The notes under the pieces are model-generated. The model was not told where the DNA came from. It saw only the letters and a program-made list of their open reading frames with translations, and did not search any database. Of a stretch of 32,000 nucleotides of DNA, positions 17,221 to 24,917 are shown one piece after another. The stretch lies in NCBI RefSeq assembly GCF_000025685.1, contig NC_013966.1, forward strand, positions 300,001-332,000. The letters are read 5' to 3'. A program made the position numbers and the translations under genes. Positions within the stretch are counted from its first letter, which is position 1, and every line of letters begins with the position of its first letter. Source of the stretch: Haloferax volcanii DS2 (GTDB taxonomy: Archaea; Halobacteriota; Halobacteria; Halobacteriales; Haloferacaceae).

Positions 17221-18993
17221 ATGAGTAACGCAGCACAGGAGCCAGCGGTGCCGACCGACAGCGACGGCGCACCGCTGTTTCCACACGCGAACGTGGTCGC
17301 GGTGAACGCCTTCGCCGACGTGCTGGCCTCCGCGCTGGGGCCGGCGTCGCGCGACAAGATGATTGTCAACGCGCTCAGAAGCCGCGGGCCGGACGAAAAC
17401 GAGGTTCCCCACGCGGCCAACGAGATGACAGCCGACGACATCACCGTCACGAGCGACGGGGCGAGCCTGCTGGAGTCGCTTCCGACCACGCATCCCATCG
17501 CGCCGGTCGTGACGCGGGTTATCGGCCCGGAGCGGCCGGGCGAGACGGCCGTCGAGGGCGCGGACATCCCCGACGGCGTCACCGCGACGGTGGTGCTCAT
17601 GTCGGAGCTGCTCGACGAGGCGGTCGAGCTGTTCGACCGAGGTGTCCACCCGTACGACCTCCGAGCCGGTTACCACCGGGCGATGGACGCCGCCCTCGCG
17701 GAACTTGACGCGGCGACGACGCCGCACGACGGCCGGCGAGCGACGGACCTCGCGATTGCGCGGACCGCGATGACCGGAAACGACGTGGGCGGCGTCGTCG
17801 GCGGGTTGGCCGAGGGCGTCGTCGACGCCGTCGACGCCGTCGGCTTCCCGACCGAGGCGACGCTTGCGGTGCGGTGCGTGAGCAAGGGGTCGATGAGTGA
17901 CTCCCGGCTCGTCGACGGCGCGGTGCTCGGCGTGAACCACCGCGTCTCGGAGGAGATGCCTGTCCGCGTCGAGGACGCGACCGTGCTCGCGCTGGGCGGA
18001 TTCAAGCGGTCGCTGTCGGACCCAGAGCTGTGGACCGAGGGCGCCTCTCTTGACCTCTCGTCGCCCGACGACGCCGCGGCGATGGAAGACGTGTACACGG
18101 AGCGGCGCGAGCGGGTGGTCGACCGCATCGACGACCTCGGGGTCGACGTCGTCGTCACCCGCCTCGGCATCAACGACGAGTACCAGCGACTCCTCGCCGA
18201 CCGCGGCATCGTCGGCATCAGGCGAGTGAACCGGCTCCATCTCGAACAGGTGGCGCGGGCGACGGGCGCAAGCGTCGTGACCAACCCGACCGACGTCTCC
18301 GCGGGCGACCTCGGACACGCCGGCGTCGTCGAGGAAGTGATGCGCGAACCGCGCCGGCACCGCCGGAAAAACCGGTTTATGACCGTCTTCGAGGGCTGTG
18401 AGAACCCCGACTCGGTGACGGTGCTCCTCCGCGGTGTGACCGATCAAATCGCGGCGCAGGCGACGAGCGAAGTGCGGAAGGCCGCCGCGGCCGTCGGCGC
18501 GGCCCGCGGCCGCGGCGGGAACCGGGGTGGTGTCATCCCCGGCGGCGGCGCAATCGAACTCCGCATGGCCGCCGCCGTCCGCGAGGCCGCGCGCGCGGAG
18601 CCGTCGCGGGCGCAACTGGCGATGACGGCGTTCGCCGACGCCCTCGAAGCCGTCGTGGCGACGCTCGTCCGCAACGCGGGCGAAGACCACGTCGAACTGC
18701 TGGCCGACCTGAAGGCGGCACACGCCGCGGGCGACGACGCCGCGGGGTTCGTCCTTCCGGACGGCGAGGTCGGAAACGCCGCCGAGTGCGGCGTCTTCGA
18801 CGCCGCGGCGACGAAGCGCCGGGTCGTGCTGCGCGCCTCGGAGGTGGCGAATCTCGTGCTCAGAGTCGACGACGCCGTGGACGCCGACTTCACCGAGGAG
18901 CCGGCGGGACCGGGCGAGGCAATCTACGACGAAGAGGCCGAAAAACACGCTGACTACCTCGAACACACCGACGGGACGCGCTGGGATATCTGA
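17221..18993 (+). CDS. highly divergent group II chaperonin (thermosome/CCT) family paralog
   Basis: Recognisable equatorial-domain motifs: 'LGPASRDKMIV' (compare LGPKGMDKMLV), 'ITVTSDGASLL' (compare ITITNDGATIL), 'IPGGGAIE' and 'VFDAAATKR'. The nucleotide-binding GDGTT(T/S) motif reads 'PDGVTAT' (nt 17569-17589) and there are N-terminal insertions. Confidence 0.85.
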   Translation: MSNAAQEPAVPTDSDGAPLFPHANVVAVNAFADVLASALGPASRDKMIVNALRSRGPDENEVPHAANEMTADDITVTSDGASLLESLPTTHPIAPVVTRVIGPERPGETAVEGADIPDGVTATVVLMSELLDEAVELFDRGVHPYDLRAGYHRAMDAALAELDAATTPHDGRRATDLAIARTAMTGNDVGGVVGGLAEGVVDAVDAVGFPTEATLAVRCVSKGSMSDSRLVDGAVLGVNHRVSEEMPVRVEDATVLALGGFKRSLSDPELWTEGASLDLSSPDDAAAMEDVYTERRERVVDRIDDLGVDVVVTRLGINDEYQRLLADRGIVGIRRVNRLHLEQVARATGASVVTNPTDVSAGDLGHAGVVEEVMREPRRHRRKNRFMTVFEGCENPDSVTVLLRGVTDQIAAQATSEVRKAAAAVGAARGRGGNRGGVIPGGGAIELRMAAAVREAARAEPSRAQLAMTAFADALEAVVATLVRNAGEDHVELLADLKAAHAAGDDAAGFVLPDGEVGNAAECGVFDAAATKRRVVLRASEVANLVLRVDDAVDADFTEEPAGPGEAIYDEEAEKHADYLEHTDGTRWDI

Positions 18994-19082
18994 GACGCGG
19001 CGCGTCGACGTGTGGGTGCCGACGGGTGGTCGCTGCCGACCTCGAAAAAGAAGCAACCGTGTTCCGTTCGATTCGGGTCGCG

Positions 19083-20552
19083 TCAGGCGTCCGGCCAGCG
19101 CTCGATGTAGACGGCCTCATCGGTGTAGAAGCGAATCGCGTCGTCGCCCTGCGCGTGGAGGTCGCCGAAGAAGGAGTCCTTCCAGCCGCCGAAGTGGAAG
19201 AACGCCATCGGCGCGGCGGTGCCCGCGTTCACCGCGAGGTTGCCCGCCTCCACCTCGTGTCGGAACCGCTTGGCGTCGGCCCCGCGGTCGGTGAACAGAC
19301 TGGACGCGTTGCCGAACTCGCTTCGGTTGACGACCTCGACGGCGTGGTCGAAGTCGTCGGCGCGGACAAGCGCCAACACCGGCCCGAAAATCTCCTCGCG
19401 AGCAATCGTGTCGTCGGGCGACACGTCGCCGAAGACGGTCGGCCCGAGGAAGCTCCCCTCGGCGGGCACGTCGGCGTCGCGGCCGTCGTACAGGAGCGTC
19501 GCCCCCTCTTCGACCCCGGTTTCGACGTACTCCTTGACGCGGTCGCGGGCCGCCCCGGAGATGAGCGGGCCCATGTCGACGTCCTCGGAGAGACCGTTGT
19601 CCAACGTCATCCCCGCCGCGATGTCGACGACGCACTCTGCGAACTCGTCGTAAATCGCGTCCTCGACGACCGCGACGGGGTTGGCGAGGCAGCGCTGGCC
19701 CGTGTTGGCGAACGCGGATCCGATGGTCTGTTCGGCCGCGAAGTCGAGGTTCGCGGAGGCGGCGACGACGATATGATTTTTCGCGCCGCCCTGCGCCTGC
19801 ACGCGCTTGCCGTGCGCGGCGGCCGTCTTGTAGACGTGCTTGGCGACGGGCGTGCTCCCGACGAAGGAGATGCCCTCGACGCCGTCGTGTTCGACGAGCG
19901 CGTTCACCGTGTCGGCGCCCCCGTTGACGAGTTGGACGACGCCGTCCGGGAAGCCGGCCTCGTCGACGAGTTCGAAGATGAGCCGGGCGGTCACGGGCGT
20001 CTTCTCGCTCGGCTTGAGCACGAACGCGTTGCCGGTGGCGACCGCGTACGGCAGGAACCACAGCGGAATCATCCCCGGGAAGTTAAACGGCGTGACCGCA
20101 GCGAACACCCCGAGCGGCTTTCTGACCGCCGTTTCGTCGATGCCGGGCGCGGCGTTCGGAAGGTGGCCCGCCTGCATCATCGACGGGATGCCGCAGGCGA
20201 CCTCGACGTTCTCGATGCCTCGGCGCAGTTCGCCTTTGGCCTCGTCGAACGTCTTGCCGTGCTCGCGGACGAGCGCCTCGGCGATGTCGTCTTGGTTCGC
20301 TTCGAGCAGTCGCTTCAGCTCGAACAGGGGTTGGATGCGCTCTTCGACGGGCGTCGACCGCCACGTCTCGAACGCCGCCTTCCCCGCGCTCACCGCGTCG
20401 TCGATGTCCGCCGCGGTGCTGTAGGTGACCGACGCGACGGTGTCTCTCGTCGCCGGGTCGACCACGTCCCGCCCGTCGTCGCCGGACGCCGGACGCCATT
20501 CCCCGTCGACGTAGTTCTGTACTTCGCCTCCCGCTGAAGCGTCTTCTCGCAT
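19083..20552 (-). CDS. mmsA: methylmalonate-semialdehyde / malonate-semialdehyde dehydrogenase (CoA-acylating aldehyde dehydrogenase)
   Basis: 489 aa of ALDH fold with catalytic Cys context 'GQRCLA', 'FVLKPSEKTP', and the MMSDH-typical C-terminal 'FHFGGWKDSFFGDLHAQG'. Confidence 0.92.
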   Translation of the reverse strand: MREDASAGGEVQNYVDGEWRPASGDDGRDVVDPATRDTVASVTYSTAADIDDAVSAGKAAFETWRSTPVEERIQPLFELKRLLEANQDDIAEALVREHGKTFDEAKGELRRGIENVEVACGIPSMMQAGHLPNAAPGIDETAVRKPLGVFAAVTPFNFPGMIPLWFLPYAVATGNAFVLKPSEKTPVTARLIFELVDEAGFPDGVVQLVNGGADTVNALVEHDGVEGISFVGSTPVAKHVYKTAAAHGKRVQAQGGAKNHIVVAASANLDFAAEQTIGSAFANTGQRCLANPVAVVEDAIYDEFAECVVDIAAGMTLDNGLSEDVDMGPLISGAARDRVKEYVETGVEEGATLLYDGRDADVPAEGSFLGPTVFGDVSPDDTIAREEIFGPVLALVRADDFDHAVEVVNRSEFGNASSLFTDRGADAKRFRHEVEAGNLAVNAGTAAPMAFFHFGGWKDSFFGDLHAQGDDAIRFYTDEAVYIERWPDA

Positions 20553-20723
20553 GGTACGTTCGACTGCAGTTCGCTCCCAATTAAGTCTTTCCTACGATTT
20601 TCGAAATATAGCTCTAAAGAAAGAATTTGTCCATTGAATTTCAAAGAGTCTCGAACGCTGTTCTAGAAATAAGCATCTAGTGCAAAGATTAATCAATAGC
20701 AGGGTAGTAGTCGTTCAACAACG

Positions 20724-22061
20724 ATGCCGGAGCGAGAACCAAGCGGCGGGTCCGAACTGAACGAGACGGAGCGGGTCGACAAAGAGCACGTGTTCGGGAC
20801 GTGGTCGTTCCAGAAGGACGTATCGCCGACGCAGGTCGTTGACGCCGACGGAGCGCAGTTCACCACTGCGGACGGTGGCCAGTACGTCGACTTTTCGAGC
20901 CAGTTGATGTGCTCGAACCTCGGTCACTCCGCGGACGCGGTCATCGACGCGGTCGAAGAACAGATGCGGAAGGCGGCGTACGTCTCGCCGGGCTACACGA
21001 CCGATGCGCGGGCGAAGCTCGGAAAGAAGCTCGCGGAGGTGACACCCGGGGATCTCTCGAAGACGTTCTTCTCCACGAGTGGAACCGAAGCGGTGGAGGC
21101 GGCAATCAAAATCGCCCGGTTCTATACGGGGAAACAGAAAGTCGTCTCGCGCTATCGTTCGTACCACGGCGCGACGTACGGGTCGATAAGCGTCACCGGC
21201 GACCCCCGCCGGCTGCCCGCCGAACCGGGGATTCCAGGGACTATCAAAGCGCCCGACCCGTACGCCTACGGCTCGACGCTTGACCCGATGGAGAGTGTCG
21301 AGTACATCGACGAGATGCTCGAACTCGAAGGCGACACCGTCGCGGCGATTCTGGTTGAGCCAATCGTCGGGTCGAACGGCATACTCGTCCCACCGGACGA
21401 GTACCTGCCGCGGCTGAAGGAAATCGCCCACGACCACGGGGCGCTGCTCATTTGCGACGAGGTGATGTCCGGGTTCGGACGGACCGGCGAGTGGTTCGGC
21501 TGCGACGTGTTCGACGTCGAACCCGACATCATGACGATGGCGAAGGGGCTGACCGGCGCGTACCAACCGCTCGGGGCGACCATCGTCACGTCCGAAATCG
21601 CCGAGCACTTCGAGGAGAACATGTTCTGTCACGGTCACACGTACTCCGGCCACCCGGCCGCCGTCGCCGCCGGCCTTGCAACCATCGAGACCTACCAAAA
21701 AGAGAACCTCATCGACCGCGCCAACGAGATGGGCGGGTACGTCGGCGAGCGCATCGAGGAGCTCGCGGCGGACCATCCCAGCGTCGGCGAGACGCGCGGC
21801 GTCGGTCTGTTCCGCGGCATCGAGCTGTCGCGCCGCGCCGACGAGCGCGTCCCCTTCGGTACACGCTCGGACAAGATTAGTTCGGGGAGCACCGTCGTCG
21901 ACGAGGTGGCCGCAACCGCGAAGGAAAACGGGGCGTACGTCGCGAACATGATCAACACGCTCATCATCGCGCCCCCGCTCACCATCACGAAAGACGAAGT
22001 CGACACCGCCATCGACGCGCTCAATGCCGGGCTGGCGGTGTCCGACGCGGCGATGGACTAG
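20724..22061 (+). CDS. class III PLP aminotransferase (omega-amino acid / beta-alanine:pyruvate type)
   Basis: 'SGTEAVEAAIKIAR', 'LICDEVMSGFGRTG', the PLP-lysine context 'IMTMAKGLTGAY', and 'GHTYSGHP'. Confidence 0.92.
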   Translation: MPEREPSGGSELNETERVDKEHVFGTWSFQKDVSPTQVVDADGAQFTTADGGQYVDFSSQLMCSNLGHSADAVIDAVEEQMRKAAYVSPGYTTDARAKLGKKLAEVTPGDLSKTFFSTSGTEAVEAAIKIARFYTGKQKVVSRYRSYHGATYGSISVTGDPRRLPAEPGIPGTIKAPDPYAYGSTLDPMESVEYIDEMLELEGDTVAAILVEPIVGSNGILVPPDEYLPRLKEIAHDHGALLICDEVMSGFGRTGEWFGCDVFDVEPDIMTMAKGLTGAYQPLGATIVTSEIAEHFEENMFCHGHTYSGHPAAVAAGLATIETYQKENLIDRANEMGGYVGERIEELAADHPSVGETRGVGLFRGIELSRRADERVPFGTRSDKISSGSTVVDEVAATAKENGAYVANMINTLIIAPPLTITKDEVDTAIDALNAGLAVSDAAMD

Positions 22062-22087
22062 CCCCGACGGACCGACACGGCTTTTTC

Positions 22088-22108
22088 CCGACGGCGCATA
22101 GCCGTCGG
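22088..22108. promoter_or_regulatory. 8-5-8 perfect inverted repeat abutting the Lrp start codon, preceded by a T5 run
   Basis: 'ccgacggc' (22088-22095), spacer 'gcata', 'gccgtcgg' (22101-22108). The T5 run is at 22082-22086 and the ATG at 22110. Confidence 0.4.
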
Positions 22109-22109
22109 T

Positions 22110-22643
22110 ATGACCAACGGACTCCGGTCGGTCGCGGATTTGGATGAGACGGACCTCGCCATCCTCGAGCGCGTCGAAGCCGACTTCGACGTGAGTTTGG
22201 AGACGCTGGCGGTTGAACTCGACATCTCGAAATCGGCCGTCCACTACCGGATCAACAAGCTGAAAGAAAGTGGTGTGATCCGCGGCGTCACGGCCGACGT
22301 GGACCCGCGGTCGCTCGGGTTGGAGATGGTCGCCATCACCGACGTCTCCGTCACCCACGAGACGGGTTACTCCGACGAAATCGGCGCGGAACTCGACGCC
22401 CTCGTCGGCGTCGAACAGGTGTACTACACGATGGGCGACATCGACTTCGTCGTCATCAGTCGCGTCCAATCCCGAGAACAACTGAACGCGCTCATCGACC
22501 GGATGGTGGCTATCGATGGCGTGAATGAGACCTCCTCGAAGTTCGTGATGCAGGAGTTCGAAAACGACCGCAGATACGTCTCGAACCTCAGCGAGGAGGC
22601 CCGCGCCGCCGTCATCAACCCGTCGAACGACGCCGACGGCTGA
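22110..22643 (+). CDS. Lrp/AsnC-family transcriptional regulator
   Basis: An N-terminal HTH ('LDETDLAILERVEADFDVSLETLAVELDISKSAVHYRINKLKESGVI') is followed by an AsnC-type ligand/oligomerisation domain. Confidence 0.9.
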   Translation: MTNGLRSVADLDETDLAILERVEADFDVSLETLAVELDISKSAVHYRINKLKESGVIRGVTADVDPRSLGLEMVAITDVSVTHETGYSDEIGAELDALVGVEQVYYTMGDIDFVVISRVQSREQLNALIDRMVAIDGVNETSSKFVMQEFENDRRYVSNLSEEARAAVINPSNDADG

Positions 22644-22804
22644 CGGCCGGCGAGCAGGTGCTGGCGGCCGCCATCGAGAAAAGACACGACAGTCGCAGGA
22701 AGGCCCACAACCTCGGCGGACCGGACCACAATCTCGGAGGATGATTTTGATGTATGAGTTATTTGTAGCGTCGGTAAGGAAATCAGCCGCTCAATAGCGC
22801 GTGC

Positions 22805-23116
22805 TTACTGATCGAGATCCGGTTGTATCAGTACTGTCAATGAATCTGCGTCGCGGCCAACTGGTTCAACTCGGAATCCATGAGCTTCAACGATGTACCG
22901 AATATCACTCGGCACAAGGTCGATGTCCCCAGCATCGTATATCTGAGGAAGAAATCGACGCCAACCAGAGGGTTTCTCACGGCAGTCCTCTTGATTAAGT
23001 GGAACTACTCCACTAGCCTCCTTATCGTAACCCTCGTCCCGGGAAATCGTACTATATCCGCGTTCGTGGAGCGAATTAAGTAGATCTCGGAAGCCATCGG
23101 CCATCGTCTCACCCAA
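22805..23116 (-). CDS. hypothetical small acidic protein in the low-GC junction
   Basis: 103-codon ORF (alternative start MADGF at 23104) with acidic composition and no recognisable family. It ends exactly where the transposase remnant begins. Confidence 0.4.
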   Translation of the reverse strand: MGETMADGFRDLLNSLHERGYSTISRDEGYDKEASGVVPLNQEDCREKPSGWRRFLPQIYDAGDIDLVPSDIRYIVEAHGFRVEPVGRDADSLTVLIQPDLDQ

Positions 23117-23134
23117 TCATCACTAAAAGAATAA

Positions 23135-23490
23135 GTGTTTCCATGGCCGGTATCCGCGTTACCCCTGTACGTCCCCTCGACGAAAGGAGACGGAACAGCA
23201 GTGTTTGCAACGAACCTCAGGATTGGGCCAGCCGAGGCCGAGGCGTACTGTCAGCGATACAGCCGCCGATGGCAAATCGAAAACGCGTACAAGTCGATCA
23301 AGTACGACTTCTTAGCGAAAACCTCCTCGAAAGACTACCGCGTCAGGCTCTTCTACTTCGTGTTCGCAGCGTTACTGCACAATATCTGGCGGCTTACCGA
23401 CTTTCTCCTGAAAGCAGGAGTAGCGGCGATATGGACTATGCGCCTGTCCTGACAGCTGGTGAATGGTGGAATGGGTTTCTTCTGCACTGA
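23135..23490 (+). pseudogene. 5'-truncated, frameshifted IS4-family (haloarchaeal ISH-type) transposase remnant
   Basis: It contains the IS4 C-terminal Y-(2)-R-(3)-E-(6)-K signature 'YSRRWQIENAYKSIK'. The reading frame switches near 23425 from ORF 23135..23452 to ORF 23143..23490 ('DMDYAPVLTAGEW...'). Only about 115 aa of C-terminal sequence is present, with no N-terminal DDE region. Confidence 0.8.
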
Positions 23491-23713
23491 TCCCAGCAGA
23501 CTAAGCAGCTCCCAATTCGGTTCGCCCTTCGTGAGTGGAAACACTATCTCGAGGCAGGAGTTTCGGACGGAAATCCGACATTTGCAGAGTTCGATTCGAT
23601 AATCGACCGAAGAGGTCGATCAGGATAGATAATTCTGACTAATACATCATTGAATAAAACTGAACGCTGGCCATCCTCCGAAACAGTGGCCATCCCGACC
23701 AATAAATTTGGTA

Positions 23714-23765
23714 TAGCGATATATGATTCATTGAGTAATTTCGGCAGCGGGTCGATATATCGCTA
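23714..23765. repeat. 11-bp perfect inverted repeat with 30-nt spacer
   Basis: 'tagcgatatat' (23714-23724) and 'atatatcgcta' (23755-23765), in an AT-rich non-coding stretch. Confidence 0.6.
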
Positions 23766-23767
23766 AT

Positions 23768-23794
23768 CCTCGTTGTCTACGTGCGACAACGAGG
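23768..23794. other. perfect 10-bp stem / 7-nt loop hairpin
   Basis: 'cctcgttgtc' (23768-23777), loop 'tacgtgc', 'gacaacgagg' (23785-23794). It lies immediately after the previous inverted repeat. Confidence 0.6.
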
Positions 23795-24115
23795 TAATCG
23801 AAAGTGGTAGTTCGAAGTCATATTTATGCTAACTCCGAAAACCTTGGTTCTTAGAACGAGCCACTAACGGGCGACGCTTGTTTCCGTGCGACGAGGTGCT
23901 CGACCGGTCGGGGGGTTCGAGCTGTGACTTACCCTTGTAGGCTGTCGGTTTTCGCTACCTGACAGTCTGTGAGCGACTTTTCTGGAATCGGATAGTCGAT
24001 TTCAGCTACTGGCACGTCAAGTCGTACTGTTCCCGATGAGGCCCAGTTGGCTGTCGATGTAGCCGTTGTTGTCGGCACGGACAATCCGGCGGGTGACTCG
24101 CGCTGTCCGCGAGAG

Positions 24116-24907
24116 TTAGCGACGTAGTTCCACCAGTGGCTCGTCACACTGCGGGCAAGTGAGTCGCTCGACGGTCACGGACGCACAACACGTCTCGTGA
24201 GTCACCTGCTCGTATTCGGTCGATTCGTCACACCGGAGACAGCGGTCAACCGTTGCGCGGACGCTTCGGAGGAGGGCGGCGATTTCGTCCGGCGGACGTT
24301 CGTTCCACCCAGTATATCGCTCCGAGAAGACCGCTTTCGCCCGAAGGTCCGCGTCAAGCGCAAGCGAGGACGGCCACGCTGCGATAGGGTCGCCGTCGTC
24401 CGAAAGCGTGTAGCGACCCTGCTGGCTGGTGAACGAGCCGTCGGTCGGAGGGAGTTCGAGGATGTCGCGTGCGAGCGAAGCCGATGGCGACTGCGGCGGG
24501 TCAACCGCGGCCAGCGACGCTTTGAACTCCGGGTCGAGAGCGAAGTCTCCATCCGAGGACTCGCGTAAAAGCCCCTGCGAGAGAAGCCATGCGTCGGTGC
24601 TCTCCTCGCGTGACACCGTCAGCGGCTGCTTGCCGAACCACGCGAGGAGCCGTGACGGCAGGTAGCGCTTCGTCAGTTCCGGCGTGCCCGGAACGAGGTA
24701 GCCTCGAAAGTACACCGTCGCGAGCGCCCCGGTCAACGCCACAACGGCCGCGACACCGGACAGCGGAATCAAGACGACCGCGACGAGTGCCGAGAGAGCA
24801 ACGTTCACCGCCGTACAGGCCCAACACCGATTCGAGCCAGTGTACTCGTCTCGACGCAGTCGGCCACCGAGGTCGTTCGTAACGCGGGATAGAGGCACGT
24901 ATGTCAC
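24116..24907 (-). CDS. membrane-anchored zinc-ribbon protein of unknown function, co-transcribed with the halocin precursor
   Basis: GTG start 10 nt downstream of the halocin stop. An N-terminal 'CWAC' is followed by two hydrophobic helices ('AVNVALSALVAVVLIPLSGVAAVVALTGALATVYF'). The C-terminus is 'CLRCDE...(15)...CC...(10)...CPQCDE', i.e. CxxC...CxxC. Confidence 0.72.
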   Translation of the reverse strand: MTYVPLSRVTNDLGGRLRRDEYTGSNRCWACTAVNVALSALVAVVLIPLSGVAAVVALTGALATVYFRGYLVPGTPELTKRYLPSRLLAWFGKQPLTVSREESTDAWLLSQGLLRESSDGDFALDPEFKASLAAVDPPQSPSASLARDILELPPTDGSFTSQQGRYTLSDDGDPIAAWPSSLALDADLRAKAVFSERYTGWNERPPDEIAALLRSVRATVDRCLRCDESTEYEQVTHETCCASVTVERLTCPQCDEPLVELRR

Positions 24908-24917
24908 TGCCCCCTAC

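Noticed and set aside
3239-20632. Short words shared between the AT-rich promoter regions of the catabolic cluster. These are aaacaatatt at 3239 and 15623, aatttgtcc at 3272 and 20624, and tatagctct at 15657 and 20607. They were considered as a common regulator (Lrp) binding motif.
   Set aside because: A rough estimate for about 800 nt of AT-biased sequence compared on both strands predicts several chance 9-mer matches. The words do not share spacing or orientation relative to start codons, so the evidence is insufficient without motif statistics.
20599-20668. 8-bp palindromes tttcgaaa (20599-20606) and ttctagaa (20661-20668) in the mmsA/aminotransferase divergent promoter.
   Set aside because: They are short, AT-rich and easily produced by chance in such a region. 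They are noted as possible TTC-N2-GAA sites but not strong enough to report as features.
23905-23925. A tRNA-like 'ggggggttcgagc' (T-loop-like GGTTCGA) that might mark a tRNA-derived att site at the island edge.
   Set aside because: The sequence after the putative T-loop (tgtga) does not pair with the G-run, and no acceptor or anticodon arms can be drawn. It is not a tRNA or a recognisable tRNA 3' fragment.
23929-24147. 72-codon ORF on the minus strand overlapping the 3' end of the Zn-ribbon membrane protein gene.
   Set aside because: It overlaps the upstream gene by 32 nt in another frame. The product is neither acidic nor hydrophobic nor Cys-rich, and it has no motif. It is more likely 3' UTR sequence.
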